From Psilocybe cubensis (taxonomy: Eukaryota), in NCBI GenBank assembly GCA_017499595.2, contig CM039000.1, positions 2,108,001 through 2,172,000 of the forward strand: a stretch of 64,000 bases of DNA. Reading direction: 5' to 3'. The notes beneath the pieces were generated by a model. That model searched no databases. It was not told the origin of the DNA and saw only the letters and a list, made by a program, of their open reading frames with translations. The position numbers and the translations under genes were made by a program. Shown here one piece after another: positions 11,244-25,799 of this stretch (its first letter is position 1; each line of letters opens with the position of its first letter).

Positions 11244-14200
11244 ATGGACAATCCAGGCTGGCACGCTCACCGTCGCGCCCAAAAGGTCCGTCCTCGTCCT
11301 TCTCCCCGTTCTGCCCACCCTTTTCTCACTTCAACTACAGGAGGACGACGCATACAACCGCGAGTATCGCCACTCCGCCTACCATCTCCCTGTCGAGGAT
11401 GTCGCCCCAATGGATGAGCGCTTTATTGGCGGCTTCAGTCGCGACCTTGCCCCTTCTCCCCGTCCACCCGCCCTGCCCCCCAAGGACTACCCCCATCCCG
11501 TCCCTCATGACGATGTACTTGCATATCCACAGCCGTCGCAGAGCACCATTTCAACTTCCCAGCTCGCCGGCATGAGCGCAGTCGAGAGGTCTCAGGTGCT
11601 CCGTGTTGCCAGAATGGAGCCCCATCTCCAGGTATGACCGCATATCCTGTTCTCTGGCCTGTTGTACTCATTGCCCTATCAGTTCATGTGTGGTCCCTTG
11701 CTAAAGTACGTCTGCTAGTTAAACTTTCTTCGTCCTATTTTTATGTTTCTTCCAGATACGATACTATAGATGAACACGGAATATGGCACGGCGCTGCCCT
11801 CATCGTCAGTCAGTATCACGCCGACACCTCTATTACCCGTTAATTTATCTATCTAATCATACATCGTTCAGCCGCCGACAGTGGTTCATTCTACGAGCCC
11901 CACTTTCCTATGCTCACATACTCATGGGATCCAGAAGCTCCAGTACCCTCCCATCAACGACAGGCTACTATGGACACCGTATCTCAAACAAGCAGCCAGC
12001 TCTCATCAGGTCTAAACGGCAATGGAAGTCCAATAGCTCCATCCCGGCCAAGTGGGCTTGGTCCGATCCACACCGCAACCTCTTACGAACTTGGTCCTCA
12101 CCCCGCCGACCCCCATTCTACCGTTTTGCCTAGTTCTCCCACTATGGGTACTTTTGGTTTCGGGAACCGACCCATTCCAAATACAACTCGATCTGCCAAT
12201 GGCTATGGTTATCGGGACGAAGATGGTCTCTCAAATAACCTCTGTTCCGAACGCGCATATGGCCAGGAACTCTGGGTATATGGTGGACAAGGAGGGTCCG
12301 TACACAGTCCCTTCTTTGACTGCTCTTGGCACTCATCTTCCCTCTCAGGACCTTCACTTTTTGGCGCTTTCTCATCAAGGTACCCTTGGCACAACACGAG
12401 ATGAAAATAACATATTCCATAAACAATGGCCAAAATATGGATTTTTGGGTCCCTGGTAGAATGCAGAATATGCGATGGGCAGCTCACTCCGTGCGTCCTT
12501 CACTTTGATCATCATCGTGCGGCCGTTCTCTCTCATCACCAACTACAACTATCAGTGCAACGGTTTCTCCGCAGGTGTTAATCCTGATGACTTTCGAGGT
12601 CCAGGGTTCAAATCTGGCTACGACCCTGTCTGGATGGATCTTCTCTCCAAGCATTCCGAAGCCCCATTCCATGCCCTTGTCGGCGGTGGCGACCAACTTT
12701 ACTGCGATGCGTATGCATCACATTCTTTTCCATTCCTTCTCCACATCAAACTAATGCGCCGTTCAGGCTTATGCGAGAGCCAGAAATGCAAGAGTGGGTA
12801 TCTATAAGCAAGCCCGAAGACAAGAAGAATTTTCCGCTTTCAGTCAATATGGAACTCGCCATTGACAGATTCTTCTTCAACCATTATTGCCAGGCATTCA
12901 GAACTGGTGCGTTTGCCCGTGCCAACAGCACAATGTATGTTTGGACAAGTTTGCACTTCATTATTTTGCCTGACCTTGTTCTGTGTATCAGTCCGATGGT
13001 GAATATGTGCGATGACCACGGTGAATCTTACTTTTAACATAAACTACCGTCGGATTGCTTATTTTCGTGATATATATAGATCTTGTCAGTCATTTTTTTA
13101 TAGCTGTTAGAATGCCCACATCTGATTCTCATGATGCAGATCGACGGATTTGGCAGCTGTAAGTTGTCTTAATTCTGGATATTTGAATTGTAGCCTCAAA
13201 AGTAACGCCTCAGATCCGGATGACCTTCAAAGAGCGCCTGTATTCCGACAGTGCGTTTGCAACAATACAATAGTAGTGCACCATTAATTTTTGATTTAAT
13301 CTTTCCCTTAGAATTGGAGCAAGAGGATATTTCTTCTTCCTTCTCTTCCAGTGTTTCATCAACAGTACGTTGTTCCCCATTTCCCAGACCACATTTTACA
13401 TAATTCATTCATTGTCTAGTTGACGTCGACGGACTACATGACGCACCCGGCAAGCACGTATATCAGTCAGTGATTATCGGCGAGCCAGGCCCGTATGTGC
13501 GCTTCCCATCACACTCATTCTTGCCACGGTTCGGACCCAAAGTGTATATGCTTCTCTTGGACTGTCGGTATGTGCGACCCTTCACTTCATATGTCAAGAC
13601 AGCATTGACGGTTTAATCATTTTATTCTTGCTCGGTTTCCATACTCACAGTGCCGAGCGTAAGAAGGACCAAGTTTGCTCGCCAGGAGAGTATCAACGTG
13701 TGTTTGACAGACTGAACAACCTACCGGGTGGTGTGGAACATGTCATTGTCCAACTCGGGATTCCTATAGCGTATCCGCGCATGGTATTCTTGGAGACCGC
13801 TTTGGAAAGCAAATTCAACCCACTAGTGGCGCTCGGCAGGAATGGGTCGATGGGCCTTAGTGGATTCGTCAACAAGTTCAACGCAGAGGCAGAACTTCTG
13901 GATGATCTGGTGCGCATATATTCAACAATGCTGTGTATAATACTTATTATTATTTTTCTAGAATGACCATTGGACTGCCAGAAGCCACAAGGTCAGTTCT
14001 TCTAGTTATTCGGACCTTTGTTCATTGTTCTCAACTTGCGCTAATTGTACAGAGAGAACGCAACTGGCTCATCGAACAACTACAAAACTTTGCTCTGGTT
14101 AAGCGCATCCGTGTGACCTTCATTTCAGGAGACGTCCATTGTGCCGCTGTCGGGGTTTTAAAGACGCTTAAACAGAAAAACAAACCGGAAGTGTCGCCGA

Positions 14201-14785
14201 AGGAGGATTTCAGGTATATGGTGAATATCGTAACTAGTACGTTATGTCCCTTTTTTTTCCTGCCTTTATCTCGCTTATAACGCCCGCGTTATCTTTATCT
14301 AGGCGCAATTGTTAACACACCTCCGTACGTTATGTCAGTTATCGTGGTTTATTAAATGCTCATGTTTTTTGTAGGCCGAACGGTGTGATAGCATTGGTAT
14401 CATCACTGGCAACAAAGGTGCACAAAACGCTGCATAGTATTGAAACTGACGAAATAATGGTATGATTTTGTAATAGCAATATGTAACTTTTTTTTTTTAC
14501 TGAGATGCTATTAAAAAGGTACCTATCTTTAAGAAAGAGCCTACAGGACAATCAAGAAAGCAAAAGTTCATCATGGGCCGACGAAACTGGTGTCGCGTGG
14601 ACTGGGATGAAAACTCTGGAGAACTGATCTTCGATATCCGCGTCGAAAGAGAAAAAGGCTACGGCATCACGACAGGGTACGGTTCCATTTTTATTGGTGC
14701 TCAACGCCCCGTATGCTTACCATTCCATTCCACTGTGTCCTTTCGTAATAGGTACCCTATGCATGTTCCTCCTCCTGGCTGGTAA
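11244..14785 (+). CDS. PhoD-like (alkaline phosphatase D family) metallophosphatase, many exons including micro-exons
   Basis: Spliced motifs FMCGPLL.YDT, CNGFSAG, PFHALVGGGDQLYCD, MCDDHDLIDGFGSYPD, LLLDCR, IPIAYPRM, LDDLNDHW, FISGDVHCAAVG. ATG 11244 (MDNPGWHAHRRAQK|EDDAY). Confidence 0.85.
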
Positions 14786-15428
14786 GCCGCCATAGTGATG
14801 CATTTACTCCATACCCCCCCGGATTGTATATACCTCTCGTGGAGCGGAAGCAACTTTTTCTTTTTGCTACGCGGGACCCACACCTGGATACCGTATGAGG
14901 GCGATTTTTTGTCATGCGTGGGTGAGCTCGACTATACGGGCCAAAGCGCGCCACCTTCCACGCATAATTTCGTGGGCTCGCTTAAAAAATCTCCATGGAT
15001 CGTTTTTTCTTCCTCTTCATGACCATGATTATCATCTTTTCCACTCACTCCAATCTCTTTACCCAGAAGAATCCAATCATCTTTGTTTGTTTACGCTTTG
15101 CATCTTTTTTCGAAAAATATATGATATACCCTTTATTGCATAGTTTTTGGGACTGGTAAAAAAGTCCCCTTAAGTTTTCTTGCATATATCACGATTTTTA
15201 ATTAGTTATGTTAATTTGAATATGACTCTTTTCGATAATTATCGCTGTTGCATTGCGCAAGATGGATACTAGGATTCATGCATTATAAAATGTACAAGAG
15301 GGTAATTATTACAGTTGAATCGTTACTATCGGTATGCAATGTCTGGTATACATCAGTAAAAGTCATCGTGTATTCATAAATCGTCAAGGATGGTGAAACT
15401 GTCCATTTGTTTTGGTTGCAAGTACGCG

Positions 15429-16893
15429 TTAAACCATCTGCTGAGCTGCAGGATGGGCATTGCCGAAACCACCAGAGGTGGGGCCAGTTGGAGCGGCATT
15501 AGCATGACCGAGGCGGTCGGTGTTGCCGTTATGATTTCCGAACCCTGCGCCCGCCTCGTTCTGGCCCAAGCCGCCTCGCCCGATGTGATTGCCAGTGGTT
15601 CCAGTCATGGCCGAGCCTGCTCCCAATCCACTGGCACCGATGCCGGGACCCCCCATGCCGGATGCCAGTACCGTAGCATCCCCAGGAGCGCCGACGGACT
15701 GCTCTCCGCCTCCATATCCCCAACCGCCCTCGCGGGTAAAGGGAAGGTCGTAAGAGGCAAATTCTTGCATCGGCTGGTAGGTGTAGTATGGGCCGCGTCC
15801 CGCGGTGGGTAGGAACGGGCGACGATGGAAAAGAGAGGTGGCCCGGGGAAGAAGGATGTGGTTGAAGCGGAAGTCGAAGATGGATGCGAACGTCTGGCGA
15901 AACGCGACGAGTGCTGTGCATGTCCCAATGATGGCTCCAGCGACGACGTCGTACCAGTTGTGGACTGTAGTAGAGCAATATGTCAGAAATAGACAACAGG
16001 CGACAAAATGGTGGATACGACTTACATTCATCAATAGTCAGAGCACCAGATATAAGGCAAGCTCCGAGAATCGGTGCGAAGAACAAAATCATTTTCCAGT
16101 AGGCTGGGTTGTGTGCACTCATGACCTTCAACTGGGCGTTGAAATATAGGGCAAGGTAGAAGAATCCTGCCCAAGCAGCGGTGGAATGACCAGACGGCAT
16201 CGACTCCAAAGCATCATTGATCTGCTTTTCGTCCCCCGTGCAGATTTTTCGGTCATACATGAGATTAGCGAAACCAACGCCTGAAGGTGCAGACCCCTGC
16301 TGAACATTCGGCTGACAAACGGCGTAAAAGTGGGGACGAAGACCACCAATCAACCATTTGATAAACACTTGGAATACAGCTGCAGTAATTAGACCTAGAT
16401 AGCGTATAAGTATGGCGTGTTTAGGCTGATTGAATACAGAAACTTACTTCTCAGAAGGCCTAGATTTGTTGTTAACCAGTCGTCCAGACTTCTTCTTCTG
16501 ATTTGGAATAACGTGAAGAAAACGAAAGGTATAATGAACGCCAGCAGAGCAGCCAACCATATAGGGACAATTTCCCTCCGTAATGGATAGGCAAACTGGG
16601 GGTAAACAACCTCCCCATCTTGGAAATACACTGGGAATGACCGACTAGGCGCAGGTTCTTCAACATCATGATTAGACTCTGAGAACTCGCCCAATATCTT
16701 GTACAATGTGCAACTTACTGGCGAAGTAGACACCGAGGCCAATAGCCCCCATGAGGGCCATTGTAATAATGTCAAGCCCATGAAGCCTCAACCATGCCCC
16801 AAATCGGAAAGGTGTACCTATAGCCCTTCCAGACTGCCGTTGACCGGCGAGCTTTTCTTGGCTGTGGTTGTTGTGTCTTCCAAAACGAGGCAT
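15429..16893 (-). CDS. PAP2-family lipid phosphate phosphatase (DPP1/LPP1-like)
   Basis: Catalytic motifs KWLIGGLRPHF, SMPSGHS, TIDE.HNWYDVVAG, plus transmembrane segments and spliced exons. Confidence 0.92.
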
Positions 16894-17128
16894 TGAGAGG
16901 CTATGCGTCGTTCGAGGTTCGCTAGTGTGATAATGCGTTGCAGTAAGTAATTCTAACAGTCAGTATGCACATTATATAGGAGTTTCATTTGGAGCTGGTT
17001 CGTCATTAATGTCAACGACCATTGACAACTCCCATTAAGTCCGAATCAAAGGTTGGAGGTAATAATGACGTCATTGGAGGTAGATTTTTGAACGCAGCGA
17101 AAGTAAAAAACACGATATTTATTAGTAT

Positions 17129-20100
17129 TCAATACTTTTCAGCAAGAACTAAAAGAACTTCAGTATACTGGAGGGTATGGATGCAATTAATTGACATACT
17201 CAATGCAGTTAACGACGTCCAACCAGTGAATGGGTGGCTACCAAAACAATCAAATTGGAGAATAGATATCATGATGTCAACACGTACCTTCTCTTGCCTT
17301 CCCCAGTGATGGCATCATACTGTTCCCATACGTACCCAGTTCTTTCGTATTCCTGCAAAAATAATGGTGAACATTCGAGAAAAATCACAATCCGTCGAAA
17401 CGTACCTTGACCACATTGTCTACCACATTTCTGCGCAGCTCTGTGTATATTTGCTTTGCTTTCTCTTGATATGGACCTTCTTGTGCGGCGTATGTCTGCA
17501 AGCATTTGAGTGAGATAAAAGTAAGGATATTTGGTTGATAGACTTACCTTGTAAAGCGCTCTCAAGGCGAGGTAATTCATCTGAATCCAAATGGGGCCTT
17601 TCCAGTAGTTTTCCCCTTGACCAAATTCAGGATGCGATGCAGACAAACTGCGGATTCCATAAGGCGACCATAGATGTTCTGGATCTCTTAGGATATCCAA
17701 AATAGCACCCAGATGTGAAGATGAAGGTGGGAGCTGTTCTAAAAGGAACGGGAACAGCGAAAGGTAGCCTTTGTGGCAAACGTGATAGGATTCATCTTTG
17801 ATTTCCAGATCAGAAAATTGAACGATCTCAAAACTATTGAAAATAAGCTACCTTCGTTATCAACGTTAACATCACAATACATTTTTTCTTCTTCATTCCA
17901 GTGCAAATCTGTCACAGTAAGCTATCAGCTTTTGAAGTTTCTGGTGTATGTATATGATCAGGTGTCACCTTCAATATTGTCCAGAATAGCTTGCTCATTC
18001 TTTGCAAACGTGATTTCGTCCTCTTTCTCCCCCACGAAAGACGCTATTTCTCTCATTGTACGTGAAAAGTAGGCCACCCATGAAATCAAATCGAGGTGTA
18101 ATTCTCCAGCGTGGGGAGGTCCTCGTGGATAATCGTCCATTCCACTGGTCAAGACATGAAGTTCTGAACGACCACGCCAGCGGTATGCCTCTGTCCTTGA
18201 ACGGGCTTTCCTAGAATACTGCTTGATTTGTCCCCGTTGCGTGCGCCTAAACCAATCGTAGTGTCTTTTCAATGGTTTATAAATGTCCTGTAAAAAGGCG
18301 CGGGCGAGCTCTGGGTTTTCGACAAGTTTGCTTTCCACTGCAGTGACTTTCGGGGGTCCTCCAAGGGGCACCTGTCCGGTACCCATGCCCAGATCAAGTC
18401 CTAGATCTCCGTCAATACCTTCATGGGCAACGGATGCCTTCTTGACACGCTCGATAAAAGCTACTACAGCCATTGCCAAGGTAGGTGGATTAGCATAATT
18501 AGGGACTTGCGTTTGGAATTCTTCAGGGACCTGGTTGGCTTTGTCAGTGTTCTGAATATATATGTCTCAGAGGGCGCTAACCTTACTGCGGGCCTCTTCG
18601 CCGAGAATCTGTTCACGGGCAACCCAACCATCGTCGTCAATAAGGCCAATCCAATCCTTAAGGATCTCGAGGCTAATGTACTGCAACATTAACAATGATA
18701 GTATAAATGCGTTATGTAACAAACCTGAAGTCATTATCCCATTGTCCAATATGCAGTAAATGGAAACCTTCGTCCCTAAAGAAAGATACCTGAGGTTACT
18801 TCAATTTCGTGAATAGGGTAACATACCAGTAAAATCCACGGGGGAAAAAGCTCCTACTAGGCGTTGCAGTCAATAATGCCTTTGGTTCTGTCAGTCTGGC
18901 ACCCTTTTCTGCTTCATCGACTACAGAATCTTCCTCGTCGTCCCACTCGTAGGAGAATTTGCGGTCTACAATGGAGGTACCATAGAAATATCCTACTCCG
19001 CCGACAAGATTAGACGTCACTGCCTTTGAAAATGATTCCAAAGATTCTTTCTTATCAGCAGGATAATCTATGGGATGAGGGAAAACTTCTCGGAATCGTC
19101 GACCATACGCTTCCACTAATGCGGGAATTCCCTGGTCCAATGTTGCAGCTTCAAATACCAATGTTAGGCTTGTTACGATATGAGTGAGATAACTTACTGG
19201 TCAACTTTTGCTTCAGGCTAGCGCTGTCGAAGAAAACGTCAAATTGAAATGGACCGTCGAAAAACTTTTGAATAGCAAATAGATTGCTATTGGTGTAAAC
19301 GTCGTCCGGAAGCTGCAACACAAACGATGGGTCCGGTGCTCCGACTGCTGGGTCTTGATACGGGGCTATAACTTCCCGAGCACGATCCAGAATCGCGCTT
19401 GCAATTATTCCTAGTTCGCCATTGGTACTTATTGGATGCAGGATGAAATTATGATAACATACGCTTAGCCTGCCACATGTCACCTTCTTTGACAGGGCGT
19501 CCTGCAAAATGGGTCTTTCCCAGTCTATGCTGAAAAATATTTGAATGAGGACCCAGGACAACAGCTCGGTTATTAGCACCTATATATATAATTATTGAAG
19601 AACAGACGCCTGCGCAGAAAAAGGTGCTCACTGTCAACAATACGAATGCTAAAATCGTCCAATTCCGGGGAGGATCCTGACAGCTTGATTTCTCCTGGTA
19701 TGCCCTGTGCGTTGATTTTAGTTAAGCCTGACGCAAAAATTTACAAGTGTGTACGTTTTCATCCTCTTCGGTTCGCATGTCCAATCCTCCAAGACCCTCC
19801 AGACCAAAATAGAATATAGGCGAAATTCGAGATATTTTAGCTGTACAACAAAATCTGAGTTATTTGGATGGCGCGTAGAGCCCAACCACGCACTTTTGTC
19901 GATAGGCTCGCCCTTGATACGCGCAGCCCAGCTGCCTCCGTGATCACCTCCTGCCACTTTCAAAAATTCAGTGGTTATTTGAACATTGTTGTAGCCGTCT
20001 TTGATGAGCTGAACTCCGCCTTCTCTGGTATCATACTCCGTCCAGGTATAACTGTCTAATTTATCCCCTTGATCACAAGAGTGCCGGATTTCTGAAATGA

Positions 20101-20327
20101 ACAGAATCAAGAAAATAAGGTGCAGTGGAATTCCAGAACTCACGTCCAACAGATTGGTAGTCCTGTGTTCCAAACCACATGAGACCAGTCATGAGAGACT
20201 GGGGTATCCTAGGCCTCAGGCCAAAATAAAGGTTGGGCCTGTATGCACCCCATAGAAGGGTATCGTTGGTTGGCCCGCAAAGTACTGTCCCCGCGAAGGG
20301 AAGAAGTAGAAGCAGAGAAATCTGCAT
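17129..20327 (-). CDS. CWH41: Mannosyl-oligosaccharide glucosidase I, glycoside hydrolase family 63
   Basis: Signal peptide, [83 protein letters not shown]. Confidence 0.95.
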
Positions 20328-21457
20328 TGCAGCAAGACTTCTCTGTCAAGTAGTACCTATCTTCGAACAGTGCACAATGTGCTGTTGTCGTCGTATTCAG
20401 CTTTCACCCAACCAAATGTTCACCCAACTAGACATCAGACTGTAGCGGCCCGTGCAACCGCTTCGCTCGACGTGGCGCGAGCTTGCGTCACGCGTAGCCA
20501 GAATGTACCTTGATGGGAGCGCCGATGCCGCAAGCTGCCGAGAGACAAGTTTGTTCAAGCATGAAAGCAGCCTCACCTCGCTTCGCTGACTATTTCGTTC
20601 AGATATCCTTTTATTCCTTGTAACATATAAATATTTGCGAATGGATACATCAAAGGATTCCAAATAATTTGTCCGACATTCAGCATTACTTTCACTTCTC
20701 GTAGTACAGGGATTATTTGGGCAATGGTTTACATTTCATGTATGTCCGCTCAGGATCTATAGGCAATGCGCAATAGAATCCTTGGTCCTGTGTTAAGAGT
20801 CAATAAGCTGTATAAACTGTCAAGTGTTTATGCGATTTACCTGCATAGCTTCAAACAAACGTTTAGCGTTCATTTGTAGCTGCAAAAATAGTGGATCATG
20901 TCAAGTTCAATGTCAATTGATCAAAACGTAAAACTTTGCAACAAACATCGGGACTTACTATTATACATTCATTATCTGCTCTTCCACTTTGTCGACAAAT
21001 TTCTGATATTGAGCTATTACGATCACTGTCGAAGGTATATTCTGTATTAGGGTCGTGCTGTGAAACTAAGTAAATATACGACATTGCACAATGTATTACG
21101 GAGTGTTATACCTTAATAAACGCGTTCAAGGCTTCTTTGGGTTGAGCACCCGACATGACGATGTTTGATATTTATGTTAAAGGGAAAACTCAAAGGAAAG
21201 GAGAGGTCAATGATAAGTGCAAGGCTAGCGTTGGAGAGCGGTCGATTATTTATATCTTACAAGTAGGACAATGACGTCATAGTATCATGCCCCTCTTTCT
21301 CGCGTTATATGGTTCATACAGATCCGTAAGCCAAAAAATATTGTACATGGTATGCAATGTTGAAATTGCAGATAAATAGTGGTAAGGATTACATATTTGT
21401 AGTCACCAATAATTGTGTCTGAATCACTGTTGAAAATGCAACTCTCCCTGATGGCGT

Positions 21458-23067
21458 TTACTTGCCACGGGCAGCATAATTTCCTCCCTTGAGGTTTGCA
21501 TCACTAGGTAAGAGAGCTCAGAATTGTATCCAGACAGTCTAGAGTAGCACGTACATAGTCAAACCAACCATTGCAGGTCCCAAATTTTCCGACACTTCGG
21601 CCAAAAGTTTAGCATTATTGAAGTGCGTAACCTGAGAAATAGTGAGATACATCGATTACTGAAACTGAGGAAACTTACTGCCTGCACAATTGCGCGTGCC
21701 CGCTTGGCGGGATCTCCGGACTGAGAAGTTTATTAGTGCTGGAAAAAAACACGGAATTTTGTCTACTTACATGGAAAATTCCAGACCCAACGAAAACTAA
21801 AGGCATAATCAGGAACGCTTCTAATGATTGTGATTGTTGATAAAACATACCCCCATCGCATCCCAGTTGCATCATGAGCGCTGCGTCAGCTAAATGGTCG
21901 TGTGAGTGAATTTCATGCAACTTGTTAGCAGGTTGATGGAAGAAATACCTGGAGTAGCAACGCCTCCGGCGGCGAAGTTCACAACAGGGAGACGTTTTAG
22001 TCGAGCGGTTTCCTTGAGAAGGTGGAAGGGCGCTTGAATCTCTTTTGCGAATACGTATAATTCTTCTTCGGTCATTACGCTTGCCTTTCTAATTTGATTC
22101 ATGACAGCACGTTGGTGGCGGACGGCCTCAACAACATTTCCGGTACCAGCTTCGCCTTTGGTGCGAATCATAGCTGCACCCTCGGAAATGCGGCGTAGGG
22201 CTTCACCAAGGTCTCGGGCACCGCACACGAAAGGAACTTTGAAACCGTGCTTGTTGATGTGGTACTCGTCATCCGCAGGTGTAAGGACTTCGGATTCATC
22301 AATATAATCAATGCCAATAGCTTGAAGGATCTGTGATTAATTTTGAGTCTTGAAGGATCATATCGGTGGCAATAAATTCTGACCTGAGCTTCAACGAAGT
22401 GTCCAATTCTAACTTTGGCCATTACGGGGATAGTGACTGCATCGACAATCTTCTTGATCATGTCCGGGTCACTCTGATGAAATCAGATAAGATAAATTTA
22501 GAGACAAAGTTGTGGGATGGCACACCATTCGCGCAACGCCGCCTGTGAAATCGAGAAATGAGTGTCCCAGTATTATGCCTGAGCGTATCAAGTAATTATC
22601 ATACCTTCGGCCCTGATGTCAGCTGGTACCCTTTCAAGCGCCATTACGGCACAAGCACCAGCCTCTTCGGCAATGCGAGCCTAGGTAAAGTGTTAAATCA
22701 TGTCTAAAGACAAGTTATAAAAGAGCTTGCCTGCTCAGCATTAATTACATCCATGATAACGCCTCCCTAAGAACAGATATCAATGGATCGATCGAAGCTG
22801 TGGTTTGGAGCACACATACTTTCAGCATCTGCGCCAAACCGGATTTGACCTGTCAAATAAATACATTAGACATCACATTAGGCGCCTCATTGGTGCGTAG
22901 ATTGGCTGATGTAGCCATACATTGAAGGTTCCGAGACTGTTTCCTCCTTCCCTACTAGCAGCGCTGGCGCGCGCAGGAGCAACGCTTGGAACAGCTGCGC
23001 TTCCGGCACCTTGAGGGATAGGAGGGGTTTGGACAGCGGGTGTTCCTTGACCAGGTGTGGTAGACAT
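21458..23067 (-). CDS. SNZ1: Pyridoxal 5'-phosphate synthase subunit Pdx1/Snz
   Basis: [87 protein letters not shown]. The 3' end is approximate. Confidence 0.95.
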
Positions 23068-24432
23068 GACTGCAGTGACTCGATTTTTGAAAATTGAGAG
23101 CCTTTATAGAGAACAAGTTTTTTTTTAAATTATACCAAGAGATCTTTGGAAGCAATATCTCTGGTTTGATAGCACGTTGTGTCCGTTGGACCGTAACGGA
23201 TCTCCGGGAAGCTAGCTTGTGACCTGTGGCCCATTCGCCATACTATAATCAGTGAAAATTACGTAATTCTTTTTTTCTGTGATCCCACAGCTGTCCTTCT
23301 CGCCACTGGTTGCCTTATCTTTGGGTACTTTGACCTACTCGACGTAAATTCACTTGAAGAGATCTCTGAGATTATGTTCTATTCAAATATTACCACTGTG
23401 TATTGGTCATTGGTGGCGTTTCTTTGCTTGGAACTGCTGAATAGCCTGACTCGGAATGACTCATCGCTACTGGTAATGGCATGGCCTCAACTTTCCCGAG
23501 ACACAAAAAAGGGTGGTACTCAAATGATGAGAAAATCTGTCATTCGAATGTATTTTCAAAACGACTAACTGAAAGCTTGTCTAACCCAGGGAAATGGACT
23601 GCATTCGATGCAGGTGTAAATGCCGCAATGACAGGTGAAGAATTTTCCTATGACCATAACTTAATTTTAAGAGCAGATTTATTCTCAAAAGTAGCCTACC
23701 CTTGTGGAATATGTGCTTATAATTGGGTGGGGAATGCTTTTATTCACAGATCATTTCGCTTATTCTGTGGAACATATATATATTATCAACTCACCTAATC
23801 TAATACACAGAATGTCGGGGAGTTGAGGTTCTCTTCCTGAATCATCTTGATATATTCTTCGCTGTTAATTTCCCGTCGACAACATAATCATCATGAGGTT
23901 GAGAGGTTCGGAGTTTTCGGACCATTGATCCAACACCCATTCACCGTCATGCGATTCCCCTCCAGTCTATGGCACCCCTGTTAGAGCAGATTGCCCCGAT
24001 GTGCTAATATATTATTAGCGAGGCAACGATTTTATTTTTTAAAGCACTGACCGACGGGCGCTAAATTTTTTGCCACTATTGCACCGAGTCGCAAAATTGC
24101 CCTGGCATATTGTGTACGATTTGAGGTTTCAGATCTCTTCAGTGATTGAAATTACCAGTGAATAGAACTACGAAATTCATACACTACAGTGATATGAAAG
24201 ACCAAATTCCTACCGGAGGCTGACTCCAGTACTTGGCCATTCAACACGGTCAAGTTGGGCTGCAGGTCACTTTAGAATTTTAACTACGCCTGCCAGCAAA
24301 TGTAAATTCACATAAGGGAACTCATAGTTCTCTTCCACAGGTTTACAGCGCTCTGCCACAATCGTCTATACAATTTCACAGAGCGCCCTGTAAACGACTC
24401 TCGGAGCTACGTCGGCGACAACTCTTTGGAGT

Positions 24433-25162
24433 ATGGGGTTCTTTTTCCGAGTTGTCAAATTCGCAGTTAAAGCTACCGCCCAGTTGGTCAGGGTAGGTGT
24501 TGTGAAAGCCCTTCTACCTAGGATTCCCCCACCCAACTGGGTTGCTTCAAAAGCCCCATCTGTGTCTACGACTCCACGTTCCATCGGAGTTAAACGCCCA
24601 TCAGGGTATAAGCGCCGGTCGTTTCTGTTAGTTCAAGGCACGTTTCTTTTACATCTTGAAAATACGGAGGCTGACTAACGACCGTAACTCAACAGACGAT
24701 GAAGTAGATAGCTTCTTTGATTCGAATTCAGAGGGCCCCAGTTTCTTTGAACAAATGGAATCGGAGGATTTCGACCAAGGAGACACGACACTTTGCTCAA
24801 TGGAGGATTCCTCAGTGATGGATTTCACTCCATTGTTCTCGGTATGTTCATTAAAAATATTTATACCTAAGTTAACATACACTAAACTGCTCAATCGTTT
24901 ACATAGCACGATTCTTCGGTGGACTTTGGCAAGGCAAACTTCAAAGCGGCATACCCTTCAAGCATTTTCGACTCATTTGATATGGATAAGGACCAATGCA
25001 CTCTACTCGTACAAGCCAGTGCACGTATCAGTGAGATTTTACGTGAAAATCGCCGACGGCTTGACTCGGGAGAAGATCTATGCATTTCGCGCAGTAAGTG
25101 CTATTCAGTAAATACTATATATGCCCTCTAATCCAAATCTCTTCAGGGGAAGCTCGTCGTAA
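24433..25162 (+). CDS. Possible small uncharacterised spliced gene (acidic, low complexity)
   Basis: ORF pieces (DDEVDSFFDS..., DFGKANFKAAYPSS...) are linked by GTATGT...TAG and GTAAGT...CAG introns. The start is unclear. Confidence 0.35.
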
Positions 25163-25471
25163 ACGTGCCCAAGAGATATCTGCCGCCCGAAAAACACGAC
25201 ACTGTCTACTTTGAATCCCTCTGATGACTATTTGGTAGACCATGTATCGCCGTCACATTGAATAGAGTTCACAAGCTTTGCCAGTCGTCTATCTTTACTG
25301 TGCACTTTTTGTGATCTTTGCCGTATTTTGCGACAGGACTTGTGTCCAAATCTAGGTTATATGATAGAAACCAACAACAGCTCATGTCATTGTAGTTGTA
25401 AGAGGAACAATGCAGTGAATTTCGGTGTAGTCAAGAGGATAAAAAATTAGTCAAAAAAGGGACAAAAAATG

Positions 25472-25567
25472 CGTCACCTGAGCGATTCGAACACTCGCGG
25501 TCAAAGACCAACCGCTATTCAGCTACTAGGTAGCAGGCGATCCCGTTAACCACTCCGGCAAAGTGAC
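25472..25567 (-). tRNA. tRNA-Ser(GCT) with a ~14-nt intron
   Basis: Minus strand GTCACTT-TGCCGGAGTGGTTAACGGG-ATCGC-CT-GCT-A-[cctagtagctgaat]-A-GCGGT-TGGTC-TTT-GACCG-C-GAGTG-TTCGAAT-CGCTC-AGGTGAC-G. Acceptor stem, A/B boxes, long variable arm and G discriminator are present, followed by a T6 Pol III terminator at 25464-25469. Confidence 0.95.
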
Positions 25568-25799
25568 TATACTGACGCCTTAATTTATTGCAATGCTAAC
25601 CGTTAGGCATTTAACCCCACTCCCTAAAATCTTGCTACGACGAATTCAATCGACGTTTCCCTTCTAGTAAACATAATTTAAAAGCAAGACTGGATTGCGA
25701 TGAGTACTATGCTACAAATTTAATAACATAATTTTGAGTAGAAGATTTTTGTTTTTGACTTTGATAAGGGGGCGGAAGAACGGATTTTCATGTACATAA

